A stretch of DNA of 64,000 nucleotides from the human T2T-CHM13v2.0 reference genome, Homo sapiens, in assembly GCF_009914755.1 (NCBI RefSeq), contig NC_060939.1, one strand, 5' to 3'. Positions 27,756 through 40,143 of this stretch are shown in pieces (positions within the stretch are counted from its first letter, which is position 1; each line of letters opens with the position of its first letter). The notes under the pieces were generated by a model that saw nothing but the letters and a program-made list of their open reading frames with translations, was not told the origin of the DNA and ran no database searches. The position numbers and the translations under genes are program-made.

Positions 27756-28695
27756 GAATCAAAGAACCAATGTAACCAGTGAACCAATATATGCGTATTT
27801 GGGACTGTCTCTGCTTAGATAGAAACAGCTCTACAAATGCTTGCAGGTGATGCTGAAACCAGTTGCACTGGCAGCTGAGCTTCATTACGATTCATTGCCC
27901 ATAGTAGTATACCAGCTGAAGGCAATGGTGACTCTTCTGTTTAAGGGCAAACGCTTTCCAATAGGGTTGCTTTTTCTACATCGTGGCAAACCTGCCCAAT
28001 CAAAGTCTTTCTTTTCGGAGTATAGAATCTGGATGACAAGCCAGAACATCACTGAAGCTTAGCACCAGGTCAAAATAAAGCTATAGGAGACCCCGAGGCC
28101 AAAGAGCTGCAAATGAGACCACATCTTCTACTATCCCATATCCTCTATTTTCCTGCATCTTCCTTACTGAGAGGCATAAGTACTTTCCTCCCTGCAATTC
28201 TAAGGAATTTGTCTCCTACAAAGCTGTAGAGTAAAAATTTATTTTTTGATAAATCCAATACCACTGACAAAAAACCTGCTTCTGGACTGAAGCATGTTTA
28301 AAAAGCTGTTTACAAGAACAATAGCCTTCTGTTCTGAATTAGTGGTAAGTAACTTAATGAAAAGCTGTATTAAATGGGGTTTATTTTTGCCTTTTGCTAT
28401 TAAAAGTGTGGTCTGTGGACTGGCAGCATCATCATGGGTGAGAAATGAAAAACGTGGGGTCTTCCCTCACATGGATCAGTATCTGCAGTTTCACAAGCTC
28501 CCGAGGGGTGAGTGCACATGAAGGATTGAGTATTGCTCCAAATAACCAGACCAACAAGGTAAGTGTGGTGCTTTTTGGTTTTACCCGATTACAGGTGTCC
28601 ATTTAGTTGTGATACAGCAACAGACATATTCATTCCTTCTTGGCTACATCTTATTGTTTGGCAAGATATCTGTATTTAGACACATTACTATGGTA

Positions 28696-28882
28696 CAGCG
28701 GTTCTCAAAGTGTGGTCCACGGACTGGAAGTATCAGCCTCACTTGGGAATCTGTTAGAGATGCAAATTCTCTGGCCACACCCCAGACCTACTGAATCAGA
28801 AACTCTGGGACTGGGGCTCAAAGTCTGTGTCTTGACCAGCGTTCCAGATAATTCTGATGGGCTGTGGTAGTGAGACCCACTA
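28696..28882 (+). mobile_element. MER5A hAT-Charlie (second MER5 remnant at ~28395-28540)
   Basis: cagcggttctcaaagtgtggtcc...ccagacctactgaatcagaaactctggg; TSD ctatggta/ctgtagta. Confidence 0.9.
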
Positions 28883-29849
28883 CTGTAGTACCTAGCTGCT
28901 CCAATAAGCAGACAATCTTGTCATTATAAAGCAGTCTACCAGAGTTTGAAGCAGTAGAAAATCAATGACTAATGGAGAACAGGAATGATAATCCAGCTCA
29001 GTTTCATTTTTATCTTAGAATTAATTGGAAAATGTATAGGTCGAGTGTTTCTTTCTAATCTTTCTTTAAATGCTCGGCCAGTGCCTGGATTTTTGCCTTT
29101 AATTCTAATGTCCTCCTTGCTCAGGGAGGATGCCTTTGGTGGAAGCCAAAGTTACTGCCTAAAAGACCAGTTTACTACAAATAGGTAAGAAGAAACCTGC
29201 CTAAAATCAATCACCTACTTTAAGTTAATCAGATGTTCTAAGTGGATGATTTATATGACTCACAAAGGGCATTTCAAAAAAGTTGCTGTGGACCCAGCTT
29301 CAGCAGTGAATTTTGTGTTCTAGGTAAATAAAAAGGAAAGTTTTGCAAGCAAATGCTGACTTGCAGATGGGCAGGTACTGCATAGTTCATGAACAGGAGG
29401 CACACCTGCTCTGAAGTTCTGCAGCCAACAAAGCTGTTTAAAGAGAAAGGGAGAAGCAATCAGTATTACCCACTGGTGCCTCCAAGAAGTGCCAAAGGAG
29501 GTACTTCTCATTTTAAACAAGTCGAATAATAAGGTGCAGATTAGAATCAAATGTGTAGGCAATCCTTTTTCCTGGGCAGCACTGCCTCCACTCAGAGCCG
29601 GTCACAGATGAGCAAAATTGACTTCCTGGCTTATCTCATTTTCAGTTGAAAATATTGTTGATGCATTTGCTTCTATGAAAGCCAGGAAAGTAAAATTATA
29701 GTAGATCCAATTTTAGGTATGAAGAAATACTTCAACATAAAATAATGTGAGCTTTAATACACTGGTCTTTCAATTTTTCAATAATTTCTCAACTTCTTCA
29801 ATGGCCCATAAAAAAAGAACTACAAAAATATATATAAAGATATACGTAT

Positions 29850-30074
29850 ATCAGGTAGACATTTTCAGTTTTGCCTTAGGCTTCGATAAAGATTGACAAG
29901 GTATTGTTGGGCTACATCATTTATTTAAAAATCTTGATATTTTGTTCATGAACATTTTTCCATTGTTTTTAAAAATTCATTAAAATATTGTTTATCTTCA
30001 TTACTGATTTTTGGCACCCTCTTAAATTAGCCCAAGGCTAGTGCCTTCCTTGTCTCACCCTCGTCCTGGATCTG
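29850..30074 (-). mobile_element. hAT-Tip100 remnant (Arthur1/MER69-like)
   Basis: Terminal ttggcaccctcttaaat...tctcaccctcgtcctggatctg. Confidence 0.6.
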
Positions 30075-30353
30075 CTGCAGAGAATTGAGTTCAACTTATT
30101 GGGATGAAAAAAATTGTTTTTTCTTGTTAAACATCATAGTGCAATGAAGATATATTGGGCTTTTGAATAAAACGGGACATCTTTTGAATCCTTGCTGTCA
30201 TTTACTAGTTTGTGATTTTGTGGATATGTAATACTGTTTGATGTCCTAACTTCCCTGAAAATCAGTTTTATAAGTTAACTTGTGTTTTTATATTTGTTAG
30301 ATATTTTTGTTCCATTATGTAAATTGCATGTTCTCTGAATATATTTCTGCTGG

Positions 30354-32174
30354 ATTTATTTATTTATTTATTTATTTTACTTTAGGTTCTAGGGTCCATG
30401 TGCACAACGTGCAGGTTTGTTACATATGTATACATGTGCCATGTTGGTGTGCTGCACCCAGTAACTCGTCATTTACATTAGGTATATCTCCTAATACTAT
30501 CCCTCCCCCCTCCCCCCACCCCACAACAGGCCCCGGTGTGTGATGTTTCCCACACTGTGTCCATGTGTTCTTATTGTTCAATTGCCACTTATGAGTGAGA
30601 ACATGCGGTGTTTGGTTTTTTTGTCCTTGTGATAGTTTGCTGAGAATGATGGTTTCCAGCTTCATTCATGTCCCTACAAAGGACATGAACTCATCCTTTT
30701 TTATGGCTACATAGTATTCCATGATGTATATGTGCCACATTTCCTTAATCCAGTCTATCATTGATGGACATTTGGGTTGGTTCCAAGTCTTTGCTATTGT
30801 GAATAGTGCCACAATAAACATAAGCATGCATGTGTCTTTATAGCAGCATGATTTAAATCCTTTGGGTATATACCCAGTAATGAGATGGCTGGGTCAAATG
30901 GTATTTCTAGTTCTAGATCCTTGAGGAATTGCCACACTGTCTTCCACAATGGTTGAACTAGTTTACAGTCCCACCAACAGTGTAAAAGTGTTCCCATTTC
31001 TCCACATCCTCTCCAGCACCTGTTGTTTCCCGACTTTTTAATGATCGCCATTCTAACTGATGTGAGATGGCATCTCATGGTGGTTTTGATTTGCATTTCT
31101 CTGATGGCCAGTGATGATGAGCATTTTTTCATGTGTCTGTTGGCTGCATAAATGTCTTCTTTTGAGCAATGTCTGTTGATATCCTTCACCCACTTTTTGA
31201 TGGGGTTGTTTGATTTTTTCTTGTAAATTTGTTTAAGTTCTTTATAGATTCTGGATACTAGCCCGTTGTCAGATGGGTAAATTGTAAAATTTTTCTCCCA
31301 TTCTGTAGGTTGCCTGTTTACCCTGAAGGTAGTTTCGTTTGCTGTGCAGAAGCTCTTTAGTTTAATTAGATCCCATTTGTCAATTTTGGCTTCTGTTGCC
31401 ATTGCTTTTGGTGTTTTAGTCATGAAGTCCTTGTCCATGCCTATGTCCTGAATGGTATTGCCTAGGTTTTCTTCTAGGGTTTTTATGGTTTTAGGTCTAA
31501 TGTTTAAGTCTTTAATCCATCTTGAATTAATTTTTGTATAAGGTTTAAGTAAGGGATCCAGTTTCAGCTTTCTACACATGGCTAGCCAGTTTTCCCAGCA
31601 CCATTTATTAAATAGGGAATCCTTTCCCCATTGCTTGTTTTTGTCAGGTTTGTCAAAGATCAGATGGTTGTAGATGTGTGGTATTATTTCCGAGGGCTCT
31701 AGTCTATTCCATTGGTCTATATCTCTGTTTTGGTACCAGTACCATGCTGTTTTGGTTACTGTAGCCTTATAGTATAGAAAGAAAATTCTTTTATTTAAGA
31801 ATGTTGAATATTGGCCCCCACTCTCTTCCGGCTTGTAGAGTTTCTGCTGAAAGATCCGCTGTTAGTCTGATGGGCTTCCCTTTGTGGGTAACCCGACCTT
31901 TCTCTCTGGCTGCCCTTAACATTTCTTCCTGTGTTTCAACTTTGGTGAATCTGACAATTATGTGTCTTGGAACCAAAAAAGAGCCCACATTGCCAAGACA
32001 ATCCTAAGCCAAAAGAACAAAGCTGGGGGCATCACGCTACCTGACTTCAAACTATACTGCAAGGCTACAGTAACCAAAACAGCATGGTACTTCTTTCCCC
32101 ATTTCTTGTTTTTGTCAGGTTTGTCAAATATCAGATGGTTGTAGATGTGTGGTATTATTTCTGAGGGCTCTATT
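30354..32174 (-). mobile_element. L1PA5-like element, 5'-truncated and rearranged
   Basis: (TTTA)n tail, primate L1 3' UTR and ORF2 C-terminus to 31777, then ORF1 and ORF2 pieces. Confidence 0.95.
30794..31579 (-). pseudogene. L1 ORF2p C-terminal remnant (frameshifted near its end)
   Basis: [42 protein letters not shown]. Confidence 0.95.
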
Positions 32175-32179
32175 GTCTC

Positions 32180-32785
32180 TCTGGAATCAGTGAGTTCTTG
32201 CTCTTTTGGACACAGAGTAGTTCCCACCAAAGCAGGATGTTATAAGTGAGACTGCCTCTTGTGTTGGGTCTTTTTGCACATGCTCACTTGCTTTTTTTTT
32301 TTTTTTTTTTTTGAGATGGAGTCTTGCTCTGTTGACCAGGCTGGAGTGCAGTGGTGCATCTTGGCTCACTGCAAGCTCCGCCTCCCGGGTTCACGCCATT
32401 TTCCTGCCTCAGCCTCCTGAGTAGCTGGGACTACAGGCGCCCACCACCACGCCTGGCTAATTTTTTTTGTATCTTTAGTAGAGACGGGGTTTCACTGTGT
32501 TAGGCAAGATGGTCTCGATCTCCTGACCTCATGATCCGCCCGCCTCAACCTCCCAAAGTGCTGGGATTACAGGCGTGAGCCACCGCATCCAGCCGCTCAC
32601 TTGCTTTTATGCTTGTCTGCCGTGTTGCGAGACAGCGTGAGGCCCTTACCAGAGCCTGAGCAGATGCTGGTGCCATTCTCTTGAACTTTCCAGCCACCAG
32701 AATCATAAGCCCAATAAACCTCTTTTTAAAATAAATTATCTGGTGTCAGGTATTCTGTTACAGCAACACAAAATGGACTATGACA
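32180..32785 (+). mobile_element. MSTC/D MaLR LTR, 3' part only, interrupted by AluY
   Basis: gcagatgctggtgcc...aataaacctc...caggtattctgttacagcaacacaaaatggactatgaca. Confidence 0.85.
32292..32594 (-). mobile_element. AluY
   Basis: gcaagctccgcctcccgggttcacgccatt; TSD gctcacttgcttt. Confidence 0.97.
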
Positions 32786-33279
32786 CTTTGGTAGAGTCAA
32801 ACTCACCAATTTTTCCCATATAGTATATGCTTTGAAGAAGATATTGAAATTTCTACTTTTATCATCCAGTACTCCTACCTTTAGTCTTTCTGACCTCCCT
32901 TAATCTTATGTGCTTTTAGAGGTTTTCCTTATGAAATCCTTTTCCTCTGAGATAAAAAAAAGTCATTTTTAATTAGTTTTATAGTGTATGTTTCATAATT
33001 AGGACTCTAATCCAAGTTGATTTTCTCTGTTGGATGATTTCATTACAACTTCTTTTAAACATATTACTCCATATGGTCTGAGTCAAATATTCTAACACTT
33101 TGTGTAAAATCAGTTTTTTCTTTTTTTCTACTGATTCGTGATGCAAACCCTCTCACATATTATGTTCCCACATATACATGAGTGGCTAACCTCTCTATCA
33201 TGTTCAGTTGCTTTCCTTGAATGTTCCTATGCCACAATGATACCTTTTTAATTACTATGGTTTTGTAAGGAATTTTACA

Positions 33280-33717
33280 GCTGAATTAATGTCCTTAGTT
33301 AGTTGGCTTTGAGTCACTCAAAAGGGAGATGATCTTGGATGGACCTGATCTATCAGATGAGCTTTTGCAAAGAGCATCTAGACATCAGAATCTTGAAGCA
33401 GCAGAGATTCTTTTTATTGCTGGCTTTGAAGAAGAAAGTTTCCATGAATATTACTGCTACAAAGCCATTAATTCTGCCAACAACCAGAGATTGCTTAAAG
33501 ACAGATACTTCCTGAGTCAAGCCTCCAGCTGAGAATGCAGCTTGGGTGACACCTTGATTTCAGCCTTGTGAAACCCTGAGGAGAGAACCTGACAGAGCTC
33601 TGCCTGAGCTCTGGCCTTTAGAGGTCAGACTCACTTATTACTGCAAGTGATAAATTAATCCTGTTTTAAGCTATTAAGTTTGTGACTATTTGTTATACAG
33701 AATAGAAAGCTAGTATG
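33280..33717 (+). mobile_element. MLT1E-like MaLR LTR
   Basis: aattctgccaacaacc, gacaccttgatttcagccttgtga, tgttttaagctattaagtttgtg. Confidence 0.8.
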
Positions 33718-35399
33718 CTATCTAGAGCTAATCAGTATTTAAAACTTTCTACTAAGATGTGCATATTATTTTCTTTCTCTTCCTCATCTTCCTCATCTCC
33801 ACCATGTTGGTATCATATATTTAGTTCATGATTGCTGTAAAAATTTTTAAAAATGGATAATTCAGAAACTTTTTTTTTTTTTTTTTACAATTAATACCTG
33901 TAGCTGACATTATTTATTGCTCAATAGCCAAATATCACTTTCATCTTATTTTGATGTCCTGGCTTGCCAACAGAGACCTAATTTTGTTCAGTTGTCAGGT
34001 GCAGAGCCCTTGGAAAGTAGGTTCGTCTACCAGCTTCACAGGTAAAATACCGATTGATGTAAGTTAATAAAGACTCATTCCTATATTACATGGGGCAGTT
34101 CCGGCCAATGAGATATAAAGTAGCACTGGGAAAATATGTTTTCTTATTGGTACTGTTTGGCTCCCTTTGTGCCCTTTCAGTCTAAGATCTTGAATCTTTT
34201 TAAGCTCTGGGACGTAATTAAATATAATTTCTTCAAGTATAGCCCACACTCATTTTACCTTTTCTTTTTACCCTATAATTGCACTTAGTTGGATATTGAA
34301 ATTTCTACTTTTATCATCCAGTACTCCTACTTTTACTCTTTCTGACCTCCCTTAATCTTATTCAATGTCCTATGGGGAGTTTCTGAAAATCCCCTAGTTC
34401 TCTAGTTCTTTCTTCAGTTGAGTCCATTCTGTTATTAAAATCATCCTCTGAGTTCTTTATTTCAGCAATTATATTTTTAATGGCAAATGTCTCTGGTTGG
34501 TTCATCCTAATGCTTGTTCATGCTTCATATTGGTAAGAATTCTCGTTGAATACCTCAACCCTATTTATTAAGCTTATTTTGAGTTACTATTTTCTTGTAT
34601 CATTAACTCTGCTTCTGCTGTGTTACATTGCGATTTTTATTGTCTTTTTCTTGTAACTCTTGGCCCTTTAAGTGTCATATAATTTTTCCGTGGGAGGTCA
34701 TTTATATTGCCTGGAGCTTTCCTTACTGTTCCAGCTACCTTTGGGGAGGACAGAAAGCCTGGATGTTGCTCAGGGAGTTTAAGGGTTGGAGACTTGGAGG
34801 TTGTAAGGGTATAAGGCCTCCCTTTGCATTCTGGAATCTACTACCGTCTGCCTCCTGCACCCCTTCCCTTTTCGATAGCATCCTTTGCCTCCCCAGGAAA
34901 ACTCCCAGTATCTCTGTCCTAGGTACTGCTCTATGAAATTGTAATTTCTTAGCCATAAACTGAAAAATATGAAGAGAAGTCTCAGATTCTGATCAGGCCG
35001 CCTTCATGTTTTGGTGTTGGTCTCCAATCCATTCAGGCTCAAGAGCTGCCCCATGGCTACTGTGGCCTTTGACTGGAGCATCTGCTCTACCAATCTTCAG
35101 ACTTAGAGCAGGTGGGACTTCACTCAGAGCAATATAAGGAGAGAGGGGTCCCCCCAGGAAGCTCTCTCCCAGTCTAGCTCCTTGTCCATATACCGAGGAT
35201 GCATCTTTCCAGTCCCTGGGGTAAAATTCCAAAATGGAATACCACGTCCTGGTCATGAGTAGAGAGAAGGAAATGATAAGGTGGACTGGGTACGCTGAAA
35301 ACAAATTGTATCAGACTCGTCTCATTCAGTGCTTTTGAGAGCTACTATGCTGAAGATTCAGAAAATGAGGTACCTCTAGGAGAAAAGAGAAGGGCATGA

Positions 35400-36380
35400 T
35401 ATCTTTTGAAGCCTTGTCGACTAGATGAAAAAATACAAGAAAGATCAATGAGTTGTAGGTATTTTTAGATGGCTGTTGAGTGGCCCCAGCTAAGTCAGTT
35501 AATTGATTAATGTCTACCTGAAGAGGATTCTAGTAGTGTGCTTCAGGGATTTGACCTTTGTCCTATCCTGATAGTTCAGTATTATTTTATTAATGACATG
35601 GTGAAATATAAAGGCATATTCATATTTATAAATGTTCAAAAGCTAGGAGGGGGGACTGTGCCTATGTTGTATGTGAGAATCTGGTTCTAAATAAACATCA
35701 AAAAGATTAGAGAGACTAATGTAATAGAAATTAATAGGAATAAGTATGCGGTTCTAAAATTTTCCTCCAAATATCACAGGATTAGCACCAGTTAATGTTG
35801 AGCATTTTAGTTCGCAGTAAGTAAACTTAATAATTTGTCAGCCACATTACACTTATTAATATTATTGCCAAAAGTTGCATGTAGAGGAATACGTTAGAAA
35901 AAGGGAGGTAAGATCTTGCTCTTCCCTGTTCTGGTCAAACTTTACCAAGACAACTTAGTTCCAGTCTGAGTATCAAGCTTTAAGAGATAAAATGATGCAT
36001 TCTGGAATCCACTACCCAAAATTCAGCCTCCGCAGTGAAACAGAGTACATTCATGGCATTATCAGAGCAGTGAAAATGCTCACAAGCTACGTCACCTAAG
36101 GACTCATTTAAGGAACTTGTGATTTTCATCCTGTAAAAAAGGATGACTGGGAAGGAGACGAACATCCTCAAGTAAGGGATGTTGGGAGAATAAAAAAAAA
36201 AAAAAAAGGAATCAGCTGCATTTTATGTGAATCTTCCAAAGGATAGGGTTAAGACCAGCGGGTGGAAGTTGCAGAACGACAGATTTCAGCTCAATGTGTG
36301 GAAAACATTCGAACAGAGCTTAGCCATTGGACACTTCGTCTTTGGAAAAGGGTTGACTGATAAAGGAGATGTTTAAACCT
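35400..36380 (+). mobile_element. L3/CR1 LINE RT and 3' remnant
   Basis: Degenerate VPQGS...FIND...KLGG region; gggtggaagttgcag...cagatttcagctcaat. Confidence 0.7.
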
Positions 36381-36533
36381 AAGCCATATGGTTCGTTAAA
36401 ACCACACGGTGGGCAACAGGAGAAGAGATCATAAAATGTTCCTATAACTCAAAATTGCTTAGCTGATTTGAGGAAGCTTCATGGGGGAGATAAAAATGGA
36501 GCTGTGCCAGGAAGGACGGACAGATAGGACTTA

Positions 36534-36732
36534 GTTCATGCATTTTCAACATGGTGACATTGCCCTAAGGGAATGAAATCGGTTCTTGGAGGGTGAAAAA
36601 ACCTTGGCTATTCAAATTGTTTGTGACCCTCCTCAGAGCCACAGTACATAGACAGACATACAGTATATCTTTGATATTAATATTTCATGCTGGAAGGAGA
36701 GTGGTTAGGGAAATGCTCTAAAAAGTTTCCTT
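36534..36732 (+). mobile_element. MER105-like hAT MITE, split by an Alu (continues ~37035-37070)
   Basis: gccacagtacatagacagacatacagtatatct core. Confidence 0.6.
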
Positions 36733-37246
<514 letters not shown>

Positions 37247-37247
37247 G

Positions 37248-37677
37248 CATTGTTGCATAAAAAATTGCCACAAACTTTGTGACTTGAAGCAACACACATT
37301 TATTATCTTATGGTTCTGGAGGGTCAGAAGCCTAAATGAGTTGGCAGAGCTGCAGGCCTTCTGGAGGTTTTAAGGGAGAATTCATTTCCTGGCCCTTTCC
37401 ACCTTCTAGAAGCTGCCACAGTTCTTGGATCAGAACTTAGCATTATTCTAATTTCTGCTTCAGTCGTACATCTCCTGTTTCTCTGTTTCTTTAGAAAGCC
37501 CCTATAATTACGTTAGTGCTACTAGTGTTACATTAGTGGATAATGCAGGATAATTTCTCCCATCTCAAAGTCTTACACAGGCAACATTCTTTTGCCATAA
37601 CAGGTAACACAGTCACAGGTTCTGGGATGAGGATGTAGATATGTGGGGAGGGGGATGTGCATTCTTTTGCCTATCAG
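37248..37677 (-). mobile_element. MLT1D-like MaLR LTR
   Basis: gcaacacacatttattatctta, ggataatgcaggataat, cacaggttctgggatgaggatgt. Confidence 0.8.
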
Positions 37678-37945
37678 TTGGGAAATGCTGACCGATGATG
37701 CATCATTAGCCACGTGTTAGGAGGAACAAGGAAGGAAAGAGAACACAGATGGTTCTGTGCAATCATAACTGTGAAAAAGTGGCTCAGGACAGAGATAGAT
37801 ACAGAAGCATGCTAAGCCCAAGTATGGGCACCATTATTATAATTTGAACTGTTGTCGTTCACCACTGTTATCATTGTCATCGTTTAGACAGGGCTAATTT
37901 TTAAGTATCATTTGCACATGAAATCCAAAAGCCTCAGTCATTCCC

Positions 37946-38472
37946 TGTGGTAGTTTTGTAGGGCTGCCATAACAAATTAATACAGATTGGGGGCTTATAA
38001 CAGAAACATATCCTGCCACGGTTCTGGAGGGCAGAAGTCAAAAATCATGGTGTCGGTAGGGCCATCCTCCCTTTGCAGCCTCTACAAGAGAATCCTTCCC
38101 TCTCTCTTCCAGCTTCTGAGGGCTTGTGGCTGCGTAACTCTAAGTTCTGCCTCTACCCTCGCATGGCTTCCTTCTTTTCTCACTCTATGTTCACGTCTTC
38201 TTTTCTGTCTTTTACAAGGACGCTTCTTTTCTATCTTTTATAAGGACACTTCTTTTCTATCTTTTATTTATTCATTTATTTATTTTTCTATCTTTTATAA
38301 GGACATTTCTTTTCTGTCTTTCATAAGGACACATCATTGGATTCAGGGTTCATCTTATAATCCAGGATAATTACATCTACAAAGACCTGTTTTCCAAGTA
38401 AGGTTATATACACAGTTTCCAGGGTTAGCACGTGGACTTATCTTTCTGGGAGACACCATTCAACCCACTAAG
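37946..38472 (-). mobile_element. MLT1B-like MaLR LTR with an internal minisatellite
   Basis: gggctgccataacaaa...accattcaacccacta; TSD ttccc/ttcct. Confidence 0.85.
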
Positions 38473-39076
38473 TTCCTGAATCAGAGCTGCCTCAAGGAAA
38501 AGAAATGGTAATTTTATCCTTAAAGATAAACACCAATATGCTGGGCTTAACCATTAATCATTCTCTCAGTAGTGTTCCTAGGCGTTAGTGGGCAGCAGCT
38601 TATTTGGTGGGTAGGTCCAGGGGGCACTTAGGGATCTATACTATTTGCAGACTCCCTTGGTGGGGAGTAGAGTATGATGCTATTTCAAAGTGCTTGTCTT
38701 GATGCTTCTCATTTCTCCCCTCACTTCCCTTCTCCCCTCCTTCACGCAGTAGTTGGGGTTGCACTTTTAAAGCACAGAGCTGAACACAGCATTTCTTCCT
38801 CAAAACAGTCACTGATTTTTTTCCTTATTTCTTCAGACTAAGTCCAGATTGCCAGCTGGGCATTTAACCCGTTTAATGAACCTGGTCTCATACTCATCTC
38901 AGTCTCGACCTTAAGCTCCAGTTCTTTCAGGCGTTTCCCTGCTCTCTGTGACCATCTGCTATTCCCCTGGGATCACGTCACTGCTTTTGGGGTTCCTTCA
39001 TCCATCCTTCAGGAAGGCTCCTCCCCGCTAGCATGTATTCCTCCTTCCCAGTGCAAGCACATTGATTTCCCATTTT

Positions 39077-39230
39077 CTGTGCTTCTCAGACTTTAGAGTG
39101 AACAGGAATCACCTGCAGAGCATGTTGAAATGCAGATTCTGACTCGATCTGGGGTGGGCTGGAGACAATGCATGTCTAGCAAGCATCCAAATGATGCTGA
39201 TGCTGTCCTTAGGGACCACACTTCAGTAGA
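39077..39230 (-). mobile_element. MER5A1
   Basis: gaatcacctg...aaatgcagattctgactc...gggaccacact. Confidence 0.8.
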
Positions 39231-40030
39231 AAAATTCTATAGCCCGCCACTGTCTGCCTTAACTGGTTAATTATGGGTATGTGTGGAGGGGAAGGTGTCT
39301 CTCTTCCTCTCCCCAACAGGCTCTGATCTCTCAGGGATGAAGAACAGTGGTTTGTTTGTCGAAGGTGATGAATGTGAGTGGAGGTAAATTACATTTGAGT
39401 AAAAATGGAGAGTAATTGCTGTAATTCGGCTTGGCTGTATCCCTTCTGCTGTTGCACGGTGGGCTCTGGAGAGGGACATCCAGTGCCCTTAGCTGGCTAA
39501 GGAGATGGCCATGACCACTGGTTTTCAAGAACCAAAAGCCTATCTGAAGTATCTTTATGCACCCAATCAACTCTCCTTCCAGCAAAAGTAATTGTTTAAG
39601 CAGATAACATCACCAGCAGATCCAGGCCACAGCAGCTATTCAGAGAGAAACATTTCCCATCATGTTTGTAGAATCAGGAGAAAGCATATTTTCTCCTAAA
39701 AACAGTGTCTATTGGGAGCATGTGGAATGAAATGGTAAAACTCTCATTTTGGGGTGGGCTGCCTTGTTCTGCTACTTTCCTTTAGAAGTAAACTGGAGAA
39801 AAGCTTAATAGAAACAAAATATTTCTATAGGCACCAGCAGACTACTAAGAAACAGAGGCCACTTGGTTTTTCCTATCCCTCTGCATGCTCGGTGGAAACA
39901 TTAGACAAGTGAAAAAGATGAAACAGCTTTAAAAAGAGAGAAGACAAAGTGTAGTTTGGTAGAGAAATACCACCACACCCCAAGAATGAAGGGTACAGGG
40001 ATTTCACCAACAGGAGCGGGGTAAGTATAG

Positions 40031-40143
40031 TAGGCTGACCAATTCATCTTGGCTGCCTGGAACTGTCCTGGTTTTAGTATTGAAAATTCCAGGTTCCAGA
40101 AAACCCCTCAGGTCTGGGCAAACTGGGAAGTTTGATCACTGTC
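40031..40143 (+). mobile_element. MER81 hAT-Blackjack MITE
   Basis: taggctgaccaa...actgtcctggttttagtattgaaa...aaacccctcag...gggcaaactggga. Confidence 0.75.

Noticed and set aside
38610-38630. CTCF-like cagggggcac (also ccagagggggc at 23761)
   Set aside because: Only partial matches to the core motif.
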